Under the pieces are notes generated by a model. That model was given only the letters and a program-made list of their open reading frames with translations. It was not told the origin of the DNA and did not search any database. A stretch of 64,000 nt of DNA from an uncultured bacterium (GTDB lineage Bacteria > Patescibacteriota > Minisyncoccia > Phycocordibacterales > GWA1-40-21), in contig CAWCTC010000001.1 in the NCBI GenBank assembly GCA_963798465.1, positions 260,315 to 324,314 of the forward strand, written 5' to 3'. Shown piece after piece: positions 47,563 to 58,712 of the stretch. Each line of letters begins with the position of its first letter. Position 1 is the first letter of the stretch. Both the position numbers and the translations under genes were made by a program.

Positions 47563-48114
47563 ATGAATATTTCCAGCAAATCAAAAGGTTTTACTCTCAT
47601 TGAAATAATCGTTGTCATCGGCATCATGGCGGTTCTCACAGCCATTATTTATTCTTCATTTGATTCATCAAGAGCGACGAGCAGAGACCAAAAAAGAGTT
47701 TCCGATATCAGCGCGATTCAGCTTGCACTTGAACAATATTTTCAGCAGAATGGAGTTTATCCGATGCAGTTGGCCAGCCTTGTTCCAACTTATATTGCTG
47801 CAATACCCACTCCTCCAACCAATAGTGAATCTTCTTATCAAGAAAATTATTTTCCTATGGCAAAAGTTCCTGGACCAGACAACTCACATTCTTGCGTGTC
47901 GTATCAATTATGGACTAAATTCGAATTAAATAATTCATATTTAAATTCAAAAAAGGGTTTTGATTCAACTCGCGTTGCAGATCCAAAAGGTTTGAAAACT
48001 TTCGATGGTTTTTATGAATGTGTTTCTCTTGGGAATAATCATTATGGAGCGCAAATAGATGCAGACCCAACAACTAATTCTGCAGCCAAATTAATCTACG
48101 ACGTAATGCCATAA
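47563..48114 (+). CDS. Type IV pilin-like protein
   Basis: 183 aa. KSKG|FTLIEIIVVIGIMAVLTAIIYSSF prepilin signal. Confidence 0.85.
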   Translation: MNISSKSKGFTLIEIIVVIGIMAVLTAIIYSSFDSSRATSRDQKRVSDISAIQLALEQYFQQNGVYPMQLASLVPTYIAAIPTPPTNSESSYQENYFPMAKVPGPDNSHSCVSYQLWTKFELNNSYLNSKKGFDSTRVADPKGLKTFDGFYECVSLGNNHYGAQIDADPTTNSAAKLIYDVMP

Positions 48115-48124
48115 TTTAATCAGA

Positions 48125-48919
48125 ATGTTATTTTTAAACTTATTAATTTTATTTATATTGGGCACGATTATCGGCAGTTTTTTAAATGTCGTCGTTTTGA
48201 GATATAACACCGGTTTGTCTTTTGTCACCGGCAGGTCAAAATGTTTTTCTTGCGGAAAAGATTTGCATTGGTACGAGCTTCTTCCGCTTTTCAGTTTTCT
48301 CATGCTTGGCGGAAAATGTTTGAAATGCAAAAGCAAAATTTCGCTTCAATATCCGATAGTAGAATTTTTGACAGGCGCGATTTTTGCCGGAATATTTTTT
48401 GTATTCGGCATGGTTCCGATGCTTCCGCTTTATCTTCTCATCGCTTCGCTTCTCGTTGCGATGTCAGTTTATGATTTCAAGCACAAAATAATTCCAGACG
48501 GAATGGTCTATTCTTTTATCGCGCTTTCTTTTGTTGTTTTGCTTTTAACTCATCCTTTGAGCCAGCTTTTTGGCTGGCCTTTGTCGTTTGATTTGCTTTC
48601 AGGTCCGATGCTTTTTGCTTTCTTCGCTTTTTTCTGGCTTATTTCAGGAGGGAAATGGATGGGCTTTGGCGATGCAAAGCTTGCTCTCGGCGTCGGCTGG
48701 CTTTTGGGTTTTTCCGGCGGAGTTTTTGCCATCATGATTGCTTTTTGGATAGGCGCGATTTGGAGTATAATATTGATAATGTTGCAGCAAATAAAAATCG
48801 CCAATTTCAAGCTTTCTTTCAAAAGCGAAATACCGTTTGCGCCGTTCATAATCCTTTCCGTTTTCATCCAGATTTTCACTTCATGGAATATTCAAAGTCT
48901 AATTTATTTTTTGCACTGA
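48125..48919 (+). CDS. pilD: Prepilin peptidase (A24 family) PilD
   Basis: 264 aa, multi-TM. Cys pairs CFSCGKDL...CLKCKSKI, and active-site Asp contexts VYDFKHKIIPD and GFGDAKLALGVG. Confidence 0.9.
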   Translation: MLFLNLLILFILGTIIGSFLNVVVLRYNTGLSFVTGRSKCFSCGKDLHWYELLPLFSFLMLGGKCLKCKSKISLQYPIVEFLTGAIFAGIFFVFGMVPMLPLYLLIASLLVAMSVYDFKHKIIPDGMVYSFIALSFVVLLLTHPLSQLFGWPLSFDLLSGPMLFAFFAFFWLISGGKWMGFGDAKLALGVGWLLGFSGGVFAIMIAFWIGAIWSIILIMLQQIKIANFKLSFKSEIPFAPFIILSVFIQIFTSWNIQSLIYFLH

Positions 48920-48935
48920 TATTTAAAAATATAAA

Positions 48936-49613
48936 ATGAACTTTTTCAAAAAAAACGATAAAAAAAATATGTTTAGGAATAAAAAGGGAGGTTTTACTTT
49001 GATCGAGCTTCTTGTCGTGCTGGTTATTTTTGTTGTGCTCACTGGAGTCGTGCTTGTCAATCAGAACAGCTTCAACAATTCCGAGCTTCTGAATAATTTT
49101 ACATACGACGTCGCGCTTACTTTGAAACAAGCACAGACTTATGCGGTCAATGTGCAGGAAAATGTTTTAGGTTCTTTCAGCTCAAGCTATGGAGTTTTTT
49201 TTAATATCGGTTCGTCTGCGGGAGGCAGCAATACAAATTTCATTCTTTTTAATGATTTGGTGAGCAACAATATATATGATGATGAATTGAGTGCACAAGG
49301 TTCATCTATAAATTCCGGAGATGTTACAATTTGCCCGACTACAAATTCCGAATGTGTTCAAAAATACAGCATGACAAACGGACTTTATATATCAAAGATT
49401 TGTGTTACCAGCACTACCAATCCAAGTGTGGATTGTAGTGTAAATCAACTTTCGATTCTTTTTACAAGGCCGAATCCCAGCGCTTACATATATGATTTAG
49501 ATAATTCCTCACCGACTCTTGAAAATAGTGCAACAATAACTTTATCTTCCGCAAAAGGTGCGACTTCAAGCGTCGTTATAACAGGCACTGGCCAGATATA
49601 TGTTCAAAAATAA
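48936..49613 (+). CDS. Minor pilin/pseudopilin
   Basis: 225 aa. KKGG|FTLIELLVVLVIFVVLTGVVLV prepilin signal. Confidence 0.8.
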   Translation: MNFFKKNDKKNMFRNKKGGFTLIELLVVLVIFVVLTGVVLVNQNSFNNSELLNNFTYDVALTLKQAQTYAVNVQENVLGSFSSSYGVFFNIGSSAGGSNTNFILFNDLVSNNIYDDELSAQGSSINSGDVTICPTTNSECVQKYSMTNGLYISKICVTSTTNPSVDCSVNQLSILFTRPNPSAYIYDLDNSSPTLENSATITLSSAKGATSSVVITGTGQIYVQK

Positions 49614-49625
49614 AATCAAAAGCAA

Positions 49626-49781
49626 ATGAAAAAAATCGCGCAAAATAAAAATATAAAAATAAAATCTGCCGGCGGCTTCACTCTCATCGAAATGCTCGTC
49701 GCGACAGCCGTCTTCATGTCCGTCATGACAGTCGCCGTTTCAGCTTTGATAACAATAATAAATGCAGACAAACAATCTTGA
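49626..49781 (+). pseudogene. Truncated pseudopilin gene (51 codons)
   Basis: MKKIAQNKNIKIKSAGG|FTLIEMLVATAVFMSVMTVAVSALITIINADKQS-stop. Only the N-terminal helix remains. Locally GC-richer than its neighbours. Confidence 0.65.
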
Positions 49782-50859
49782 TATAGACGGTCTAAATATG
49801 CTTGAGAATTTTGTCAGCAAGAGCAACAAAGCATTTTTGATAGTTTCTCATGACAGAGCATTTTTGGATAAAATCGTGACTAAAATAATTGAGATTGATA
49901 TTGAAACAAAATCATCATTTATTTATGAAGGCAATTATTCAAATTATGCAGAAGAGCGTGAAGCAAAAATAGAACGTCAGTGGAAAGAATATAATGATAA
50001 AGTTGAAAAGACTGAAAAATTTAATATTAATATAGATCAAAAATCTACTTGGCTTCTCGATATAGAATCAGTCAAAAAGGGTAAAAAGCGCAAAGAAGAT
50101 TATAATAATGGAAAGGATGTAAATTATAAAAATGCTGACGGAAAAGCTGCCAGACGAATTAAAGTAATGAAAAACAGGCTTGAAAAATATAAGGAAAATT
50201 CAAGCGATATAACAAAACCAAAATATGATTTGCCTTTGCAAGTAGTTTTTGAGAACGAGCGAGGCAGTACAAAAGTATTTGATTTAAAAAATCTTGAAAA
50301 GAAAATGGGCAAAAGAAAAATCGGTCCAATAAATTTGTGCATTCAATATGGCGATAGACTTCATGTAGTAGGTAAGAATGGAACTGGAAAAACAACTTTG
50401 CTGAAAATGCTTATGGGGGAGTTGAAGGCGGATTCAGGAATTATTGAAAAAGGAGAAAATTTAATAATAGGATATATTTCTCAAGAAAGATGGCTGAACA
50501 GACCGAATAAAAAAGTGATTGAAGAATTTTTGGAAACGACAAAAATCTCTGAATCAAATGCAAGAAAGTTATTGAATAGATTTAGGATTACGACTGAAGA
50601 TGTTAAAAAACATGTTTCATTAATAAGTCCCGGAGAATATTCTCGATTGATAATCGCTGAGCTCGTCGCGATAAAACCGAATTGCATAATTCTTGACGAA
50701 CCGAGCAATCACCTCGATTTAGAAGTTATTGAAGAATTGGAAAATGGATTAAAAGAATACAAAGGTACACTTATCGTTGTAAGTCATGATAGGTATTTTG
50801 TGGAAAAAATAAAACTAAATAAAACTTATGATTTGAATATAAATTCATTTAAACTATAA
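49765..50859 (+). pseudogene. 5'-truncated ABC-F-type ATPase (first ABC domain lost up to its D-loop)
   Basis: Homology starts at ..TNNLDIDGLNMLENF...FLIVSHDRAFLD, which is the end of ABC domain 1 (no Walker A1 or signature). A linker and a complete domain 2 follow (GKNGTGKTTLLK, ISPGEYSR, ILDEPSNHLD, VSHDRYF). Confidence 0.75.
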
Positions 50860-50896
50860 ATTAGCTGTCCAATAAAAAATATTGTACAATTGTCAG

Positions 50897-51442
50897 ATGG
50901 ATTTTGAAATAAAAGTAAATGATAAATTATCTTTAAAAATACCAAGACTTGAAGACTCCAAGGAAATTTTTGATATTGTTGATAAAGACAGAAAACATCT
51001 TAGAGAATGGCTAATTTGGGTAGATAAAACCATTTCTCCCAAAGATATAGAAGCCAATACTGCTGAAAGAATTGAAAAATTTGATAAAAAAGAAGCCGCC
51101 GCATTTTATGCATATTATGAAAAACAATGGATTGCGTCTGTCGGATATATAAGTTTGGATAATATAAATAAAAAAGGTGAGATTGGATATTGGATTAGTT
51201 CCGATTTTGAAGGTAAAGGATTAATGACGGAGTGTGTAAAAGCTTGTATTAAATATGGATTTGAAGAACTTAATCTTAATCGAATAGTGATTAAATGTGC
51301 CGATAAAAATCTAAAAAGTGCAGCTATACCAAAAAGACTCGGATTTACTTTTGAAGGAACACTGAGGCAAGATCATTTTATAGCTGGAATTTATAGTGAC
51401 ACTCTCGTGTTTAGTTTGTTAAAAAACGAATGGAAACAATAA
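50897..51442 (+). CDS. GNAT-family N-acetyltransferase (RimJ/RimL-like)
   Basis: 181 aa from ATG 50897. ..GEIGYWISSDFEGKGLMTE..., NLNRIVIKCADKNLKSAAIPKRLGFTFEGTLR. Confidence 0.8.
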   Translation: MDFEIKVNDKLSLKIPRLEDSKEIFDIVDKDRKHLREWLIWVDKTISPKDIEANTAERIEKFDKKEAAAFYAYYEKQWIASVGYISLDNINKKGEIGYWISSDFEGKGLMTECVKACIKYGFEELNLNRIVIKCADKNLKSAAIPKRLGFTFEGTLRQDHFIAGIYSDTLVFSLLKNEWKQ

Positions 51443-51840
51443 ATATCATCAATAAAAAAAAGGGAATCTCAAAAGCAAAGCTCAGAAACCTTCTTTTGAA
51501 ATGGAAGAAAAAACTTTGTATGAAAGATTGGAAGATTGATTTGAAAATTGTGGATTTTGAAAGAAAAGACAATTATCGCCAGAGCGGAGATTTTATCGCT
51601 GATCCAAAAAATAAAACAGCAACAATCCTTATGACATGGAATCCATGGCGCGGAGACGAAGAATACACGCTCGTGCACGAACTTATCCATGTTTTGATTT
51701 ATGATTATGATAAATATAGTGAAAATATGATTTTGAAAAAATATAAGAAATTTGGCAAAGAGTATGATTTATATATGGAAAAATTGGAAAACACCGTTCA
51801 TAATTTGACTAGAATTTTTCTGGGTAGAACGGATAGATAA
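51430..51840 (+). CDS. Hypothetical small protein with HExxH motif
   Basis: 136 aa. TLVHELIHVLIYDY contains HELIH (HExxH). Overlaps the GNAT gene by 13 nt. Confidence 0.45.
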   Translation: METINIINKKKGISKAKLRNLLLKWKKKLCMKDWKIDLKIVDFERKDNYRQSGDFIADPKNKTATILMTWNPWRGDEEYTLVHELIHVLIYDYDKYSENMILKKYKKFGKEYDLYMEKLENTVHNLTRIFLGRTDR

Positions 51841-51930
51841 AAAAGAAATAATTTTTTATTTTCTATTTGATATAGGCCGTTATTAATGTATAATTTATCT
51901 AATCGGCTTCAGATTGCCGAGCAAAATAGA

Positions 51931-53268
51931 ATGAGCAATAATAAATACATAAATCCTGAATTGTCGAGCGGTTTTCGGGATTATTTGCCGGAAAATATGA
52001 TGGTCCGCCAGGCGATGTGCGACAAAATCAAAACTGTTTTTGAACGTTTTGGTTTTTTGCCGCTGGACACTCCGGGAATTGAAAGAAAAGAAGTTTTGAC
52101 CGGCGGAGATGAAAATTTTAGCAAACAAATATTCAATGTGAACTTGCATGAAGAAAAAGACGAGTTGGCTCTGCGTTTTGACCTGACCGTTCCGCTTGCC
52201 AGAGTTGTTTCGCTTTATTCAGAAGAGCTTCCGAAGCCATTTAAAAGATATCAGGTGGGAAATGTTTGGAGAGGCGAAAGGGCTCAAGCAGGACGATTCA
52301 AAGAATTCATGCAGTTTGATGCGGATATTGTCGGCTCGGGAAGATTGATTGCCGATGCGGAAATTATTGCGCTCATGTATGAGACGATGAATTCTCTCGG
52401 ATTGAAAAATTTCCTCATAAAAATAAATAATAGAAAAATATTGAATGGGCTTGCCGATTTTGTCGGCTATGAAAAAAAATCAAACGCGGATGTTCTGCGA
52501 ATAATAGACAAGATGGATAAAATCGGCTGGGAAGGAGTGGAGAAAGAATTGACCGACTCGGTAAAGCTCGATAAAGAACAGACTAAAAAATTGAAAGAGT
52601 TTTTGGATCTTCGTGCAGAGTCGTCCGAGAAAATTTTGACTGAAGCCTCCGGCTTGATGAAAAAATCCGAAGAAGCGACAGAAGGAATAAAAGAACTTGA
52701 AGAAATAATTGCAGATTTGAAAGCTCTCGGCGTGCCTGAAAAATATTATCGGGTTGATCTTTCTGTTGCACGCGGACTTGGATATTATACCGGTCCGGTT
52801 TTTGAAACTATTTTGACGGATTTGCCGGGAATCGGAAGTGTTATGTCGGGCGGAAGATATGATGATTTGGTTTCTCGTTTCAGCGTGCAAAATCTTCCAT
52901 CAGTCGGAGCTTCTGTCGGCGTGGACAGACTTTTTGCCGCGATGGAAAAACTCGGAATGATAAAAAAGAAAAAAACTCTTGTAAAAGCAGTTGTGCTAAA
53001 TTTTGACAAGGAAGCCGAAGATTATTGCCTAAAAATAGTCGCGGAACTTAGAAAGAGCGGAATCGATTCTGAAATTTATCTTGGAAAAGAAATAAATTTG
53101 AAAGGCCAGCTTGCTTATGCTCTAACTCAGGAAATTCCAGTAGTTTTGATTGCAGGAGAAAAAGAAAAGAAAACCCAGACCGTGCAGATTAAAGATGTTG
53201 TAAAACGAACGCAGGAAGAAGCGCCTTTTATAGATATTGTTGAAACTGTGGAAAAAATACTTTCATAA
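51931..53268 (+). CDS. hisS: Histidine--tRNA ligase
   Basis: GFRDYLP, class II motif 2 YQVGNVWRGERAQAGRFKEFMQFDADIVG, motif 3 GGRYDDLV, and a C-terminal anticodon-binding domain. ATG 51931 is preferred. Confidence 0.92.
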   Translation: MSNNKYINPELSSGFRDYLPENMMVRQAMCDKIKTVFERFGFLPLDTPGIERKEVLTGGDENFSKQIFNVNLHEEKDELALRFDLTVPLARVVSLYSEELPKPFKRYQVGNVWRGERAQAGRFKEFMQFDADIVGSGRLIADAEIIALMYETMNSLGLKNFLIKINNRKILNGLADFVGYEKKSNADVLRIIDKMDKIGWEGVEKELTDSVKLDKEQTKKLKEFLDLRAESSEKILTEASGLMKKSEEATEGIKELEEIIADLKALGVPEKYYRVDLSVARGLGYYTGPVFETILTDLPGIGSVMSGGRYDDLVSRFSVQNLPSVGASVGVDRLFAAMEKLGMIKKKKTLVKAVVLNFDKEAEDYCLKIVAELRKSGIDSEIYLGKEINLKGQLAYALTQEIPVVLIAGEKEKKTQTVQIKDVVKRTQEEAPFIDIVETVEKILS

Positions 53269-53272
53269 GATA

Positions 53273-53304
53273 GGGGCGGCCATGAAGTGGCCGCCCTATT
53301 TTTT
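53273..53304. terminator. Hairpin GGGCGGCCA-TGAAG-TGGCCGCCC + TATTTTTT
   Basis: 9-bp GC stem and a T-run, 5 nt after the hisS stop. Confidence 0.8.
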
Positions 53305-53339
53305 ATCTACTTTTGAAGATTATGTTCAATAAAAGAATT

Positions 53340-53405
53340 GTCATTCCCGCGAAGGCGGGAATCTAGGTTATATATATTATGGATTCCCGCCTTCGCGGGA
53401 ATGAC
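53340..53405. mobile_element. Nested-hairpin MITE-like element, copy 2 (perfect)
   Basis: GTCATTCCCGCGAAGGCGGGAATC-taggttatatatattatg-GATTCCCGCCTTCGCGGGAATGAC. Confidence 0.7.
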
Positions 53406-53523
53406 ACAATACTTGAATTGTTTTTTATTCCGAACTAAAGTCTAAAATAAAACTGCATGCTACAGCAGGTATTAGTTTATTATGTCGTATTTCATTTGAA
53501 TATATTGTATAATATGACATATT

Positions 53524-54093
53524 ATGCAGAAGGATAATAAAAATAAAAAAACATTTTTAAAAAAATCCAACGCAGGATTTGCTCTGCTTTTTTCGATTCT
53601 TCTCGCGAGTTTTCTCATCAGCTTGGGTATTTCTATTTTTAGCGTTTCCCTGAAAGAAATCCAGATTACAACATCGGAAAGAGATTCCGAGGATGCGTAT
53701 TATGCCGCGGATTCTGCGAGAGAATGTGCGATTTATTCTGATATAAGATCGGGACTTTTTCCCGCCTGTTTCAGTAGTGATTGCTCTGTAAATTCTTTAA
53801 ATGAAACACCAAATTCTTTTGATGTAACACTTTTAATTCCTATACAAGTTACTTGCAATAACATTACAAGTTCTTTGCAATTCACGCGTGATAGAGCCAC
53901 TACTACAACTGATATTATTCAAAATTTTTTCCAGGCATCCTCAACTTCATCATCGACTCCAGCTTCCGATATAAGAATAACCAAAACATGGGATGCAACA
54001 AATCAAAAAGTTGATACGACAATAGAAACTTGGGGACATAATACAGAAATTATTGGAAGAAGAATCGAGAGAGGATTGGAATTCACATATTAA
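53524..54093 (+). CDS. PilX-like / minor-pilin-like protein
   Basis: 189 aa. KKSNAG|FALLFSILLASFLISLGISIF resembles the PilX N-terminal hydrophobic segment. Several Cys residues in the mature part. Confidence 0.45.
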   Translation: MQKDNKNKKTFLKKSNAGFALLFSILLASFLISLGISIFSVSLKEIQITTSERDSEDAYYAADSARECAIYSDIRSGLFPACFSSDCSVNSLNETPNSFDVTLLIPIQVTCNNITSSLQFTRDRATTTTDIIQNFFQASSTSSSTPASDIRITKTWDATNQKVDTTIETWGHNTEIIGRRIERGLEFTY

Positions 54094-54146
54094 TTTAATA
54101 TGCCTAACCCCGCAACGAATTTTTTAAGAACATTTTTTTGTTTTAA

Positions 54147-56261
<2,115 letters not shown>

Positions 56262-56262
56262 C

Positions 56263-56841
56263 ATGTGGAAATATATTGTAATTTTGGGTGCGATAGTCCA
56301 GCTCTCTGGAATTTTTTATTATATAAAAGATGTTATAAAAGGCCGTGCAAAACCGAATAAAGTCACTTGGCTTCTGTGGAGCATCGCTCCGCTTATCGGA
56401 AGTTTTGCTGCGTATTCTGCCGGTGTCAGATGGGCAGTCTTGCCGGTTTTTATGTCCGGATTTGCGCCTCTTTTAGTTTTTATTTTTTCTCTTTTCAGTA
56501 AAAAATCATATTGGAAGATTGGAAAATTCGATTATGTCTGCGGAATATTTTCCATACTTGCTTTGATACTCTGGACTGTCACTTCAGAAGCGTTTGTTGC
56601 AATAATATTTGCAATTATCAGCGATTTTTCTGCCGGAATTATAACTTTGAAAAAAGCTTGGCTATATCCGGAAACAGAAACTCAGGCGCCATATTCGACA
56701 GGAATTTTCAGTGCTCTGACAAGTTTTTTTGCGATAACGATTTGGACGCCGGCGAATTTTTTATTTCCAGCATATTTGGTTTTCATGAATGGATTGATTT
56801 TGTTTGCAATATATAGAAAAAAAATATTCTGGAAGGAATAA
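56263..56841 (+). CDS. Hypothetical polytopic membrane protein
   Basis: 192 aa from ATG 56263 with about 6 TM helices. The long upstream extension in the ORF track overlaps ligA out of frame and is discounted. Confidence 0.6.
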   Translation: MWKYIVILGAIVQLSGIFYYIKDVIKGRAKPNKVTWLLWSIAPLIGSFAAYSAGVRWAVLPVFMSGFAPLLVFIFSLFSKKSYWKIGKFDYVCGIFSILALILWTVTSEAFVAIIFAIISDFSAGIITLKKAWLYPETETQAPYSTGIFSALTSFFAITIWTPANFLFPAYLVFMNGLILFAIYRKKIFWKE

Positions 56842-56845
56842 AAAT

Positions 56846-56876
56846 GGGCGGCAAGCGAAGCTTGCCGCCCTTTTTT
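56846..56876. terminator. Bidirectional hairpin GGGCGGCAAGC-GAA-GCTTGCCGCCC
   Basis: 11-bp stem flanked by AAAAA and TTTTTT, between convergent genes. Confidence 0.8.
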
Positions 56877-56887
56877 ATTCATATTTT

Positions 56888-57175
56888 TTAAAGTGAATGC
56901 ATATGGAATGACGCTGTTGACTGAATACCTTCCGGATGAAACTGCGTATTGTGAACTTGATTTCCTTTTATTTGAAACCATGGATTTGCCTGTACGCCGG
57001 ATTCGTGATGTTCCGTTGTATAAACTTTTCCACCTTCTATTTTAAAATCGGGCAGAACGCTTGCTCCCTGAGGATTGTATATCGTTCTAAAAACTTGATT
57101 GTTACGGACTTCATACATTGGTTTTGCACTGTGTATTTCTTGCCCGTATTTTGCGTCGAATAAAAAGTTTGCCAT
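56888..57175 (-). CDS. Hypothetical small protein with three internal repeats
   Basis: 95 aa. The pattern (V/I)xxNQVxxTxxxPxG recurs: EVRNNQVFRTIYNPQG, KIEGGKVYTTEHHESG, QIKGNQVHNTQFHPEG. Confidence 0.5.
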   Translation of the reverse strand: MANFLFDAKYGQEIHSAKPMYEVRNNQVFRTIYNPQGASVLPDFKIEGGKVYTTEHHESGVQANPWFQIKGNQVHNTQFHPEGIQSTASFHMHSL

Positions 57176-57290
57176 GTTTGATTGAAATTATTTTGATTTA
57201 TAAATCCGACTTTGACGGAGAAAATTTTAAGCTTCTTGTTTAATATTGTCTATGATATAATTTGTCCATTAATAAATTAACAAATAAATC

Positions 57291-58343
57291 ATGCTGGACA
57301 AAATTTTCAAGACTATGCTTATATTTGTGCCGATTGCAGTCATCGCACACATATACAATTTTTCACCGCTAGTTATCTTTATTGTTTCTGCAATCGCAAT
57401 TATACCACTTGCAAAATATATTGGCGAGGCAACGGAAGAGCTTTCTGTCTATACCGGCCCGGCTCTCGGCGGTTTGTTGAATGCGACATTTGGCAACGCA
57501 ACTGAATTAATTATTGGCATACTTGCTTTGCAGGCCGGCTTGATAGATGTTGTTAAAGCTTCAATCACAGGTTCAATTATTGGAAATCTACTTCTAGTTT
57601 TGGGTTCGGCAATATTTTTCGGCGGAATAAATAAAAAAGAACAGAAGTTCAATGCAACTGCCGCGCAAGCCAGCGGTTCAACATTGCTTTTGGCAATTAT
57701 TGCGCTCGTTATTCCGGCGATTTTTCTTCAAACTACATCAGGCGCTTCCAGCATATCGCTGGTTGAAAAGTTAAGCATTATTGTCGCCATCATCATGATT
57801 GTTTCTTACATGGCAAACTTAATTTTTTCATTATATACGCACAAACATTTATATACTGAAGATGTGGGAAAAAATGAAGCTAAATGGAGCATAAAAAAAA
57901 GCATAATCATACTTCTTGTTTCAACAATAGCAGTCGCATTCATGAGCGATTATTTAGTCGGAACCATTCAGCCGCTTGTCACGAATTTTGGCTGGACTCA
58001 GCTTTTCATCGGTGTGATTTTTGTAGCGATAATCGGAAATGCTGCAGAGCATACTTCGGCGATTACTATGGCTGTAAAAGGCAAGATGGATTTAGCTCTT
58101 CAAGTCGCTATCGGTTCAGCGACGCAAATGGCGATGCTTGTTGCGCCAGTGCTTGTTCTTGTAAGTTTATTTTTCCAAACGCAGATGAATCTAGTTTTCA
58201 GCACTTTTGAACTTGTCGCGATGATATTTTCTGTTTTTGTGGTTAATGCCATTATTGAAGATGGTTCAAGCAATTGGTTCGAAGGATTTCAGCTTTTGGC
58301 GGCGTATATCATCATGGCGGTTGCATTTTTCTTTCATCCTTAA
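57291..58343 (+). CDS. cax: Ca2+/H+ antiporter (CaCA family)
   Basis: 350 aa with about 11 TM segments. The paired alpha-repeat motifs are GNATELIIGILAL and GNAAEHTSAITMA. Confidence 0.88.
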   Translation: MLDKIFKTMLIFVPIAVIAHIYNFSPLVIFIVSAIAIIPLAKYIGEATEELSVYTGPALGGLLNATFGNATELIIGILALQAGLIDVVKASITGSIIGNLLLVLGSAIFFGGINKKEQKFNATAAQASGSTLLLAIIALVIPAIFLQTTSGASSISLVEKLSIIVAIIMIVSYMANLIFSLYTHKHLYTEDVGKNEAKWSIKKSIIILLVSTIAVAFMSDYLVGTIQPLVTNFGWTQLFIGVIFVAIIGNAAEHTSAITMAVKGKMDLALQVAIGSATQMAMLVAPVLVLVSLFFQTQMNLVFSTFELVAMIFSVFVVNAIIEDGSSNWFEGFQLLAAYIIMAVAFFFHP

Positions 58344-58359
58344 AATAATTAAAAAGAAA

Positions 58360-58396
58360 ACGGGGCGGTTCGCGGAGCGAACCGCCCCGTTTTCTT
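58360..58396. terminator. Hairpin ACGGGGCGGTTCGC-GGA-GCGAACCGCCCCGT + TTTC
   Basis: 14-bp perfect stem, 17 nt after the stop. Confidence 0.8.
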
Positions 58397-58424
58397 TTTC
58401 TTTCGAAAATGCTATATTATTTCT

Positions 58425-58688
58425 ATGTTAGAAATTAAAGATATCGAAAAACTTGCCAAGCTTGCAAGAATTGAACTCACAAATGAAGAAAAAGAAAAAC
58501 TTCTTAAAGAAGTTGATCCGATTTTGGGCTATGTTGCACAGCTGAAAGAAGTTGTTTCTTCTGTCAGCGAAGGGAAAGTGGCCGGAGAGCTTAGAAATAT
58601 CATGAGAGAAGATGAAAATCCTACAAAGACCGGAAAAAATACGAAAGACATTGTTGCCGATATGCCGGATTCACAAAAGATTATCTGA
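58425..58688 (+). CDS. gatC: Asp/Glu-tRNA(Asn/Gln) amidotransferase subunit C
   Basis: 87 aa. I..IEKLAKLARIELT.EEKEKL..E...IL.YV.QL is the GatC pattern. Sits directly upstream of gatA. Confidence 0.9.
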   Translation: MLEIKDIEKLAKLARIELTNEEKEKLLKEVDPILGYVAQLKEVVSSVSEGKVAGELRNIMREDENPTKTGKNTKDIVADMPDSQKII

Positions 58689-58712
58689 AAGTTAAAAAGA
58701 TTTTATAAAAAT

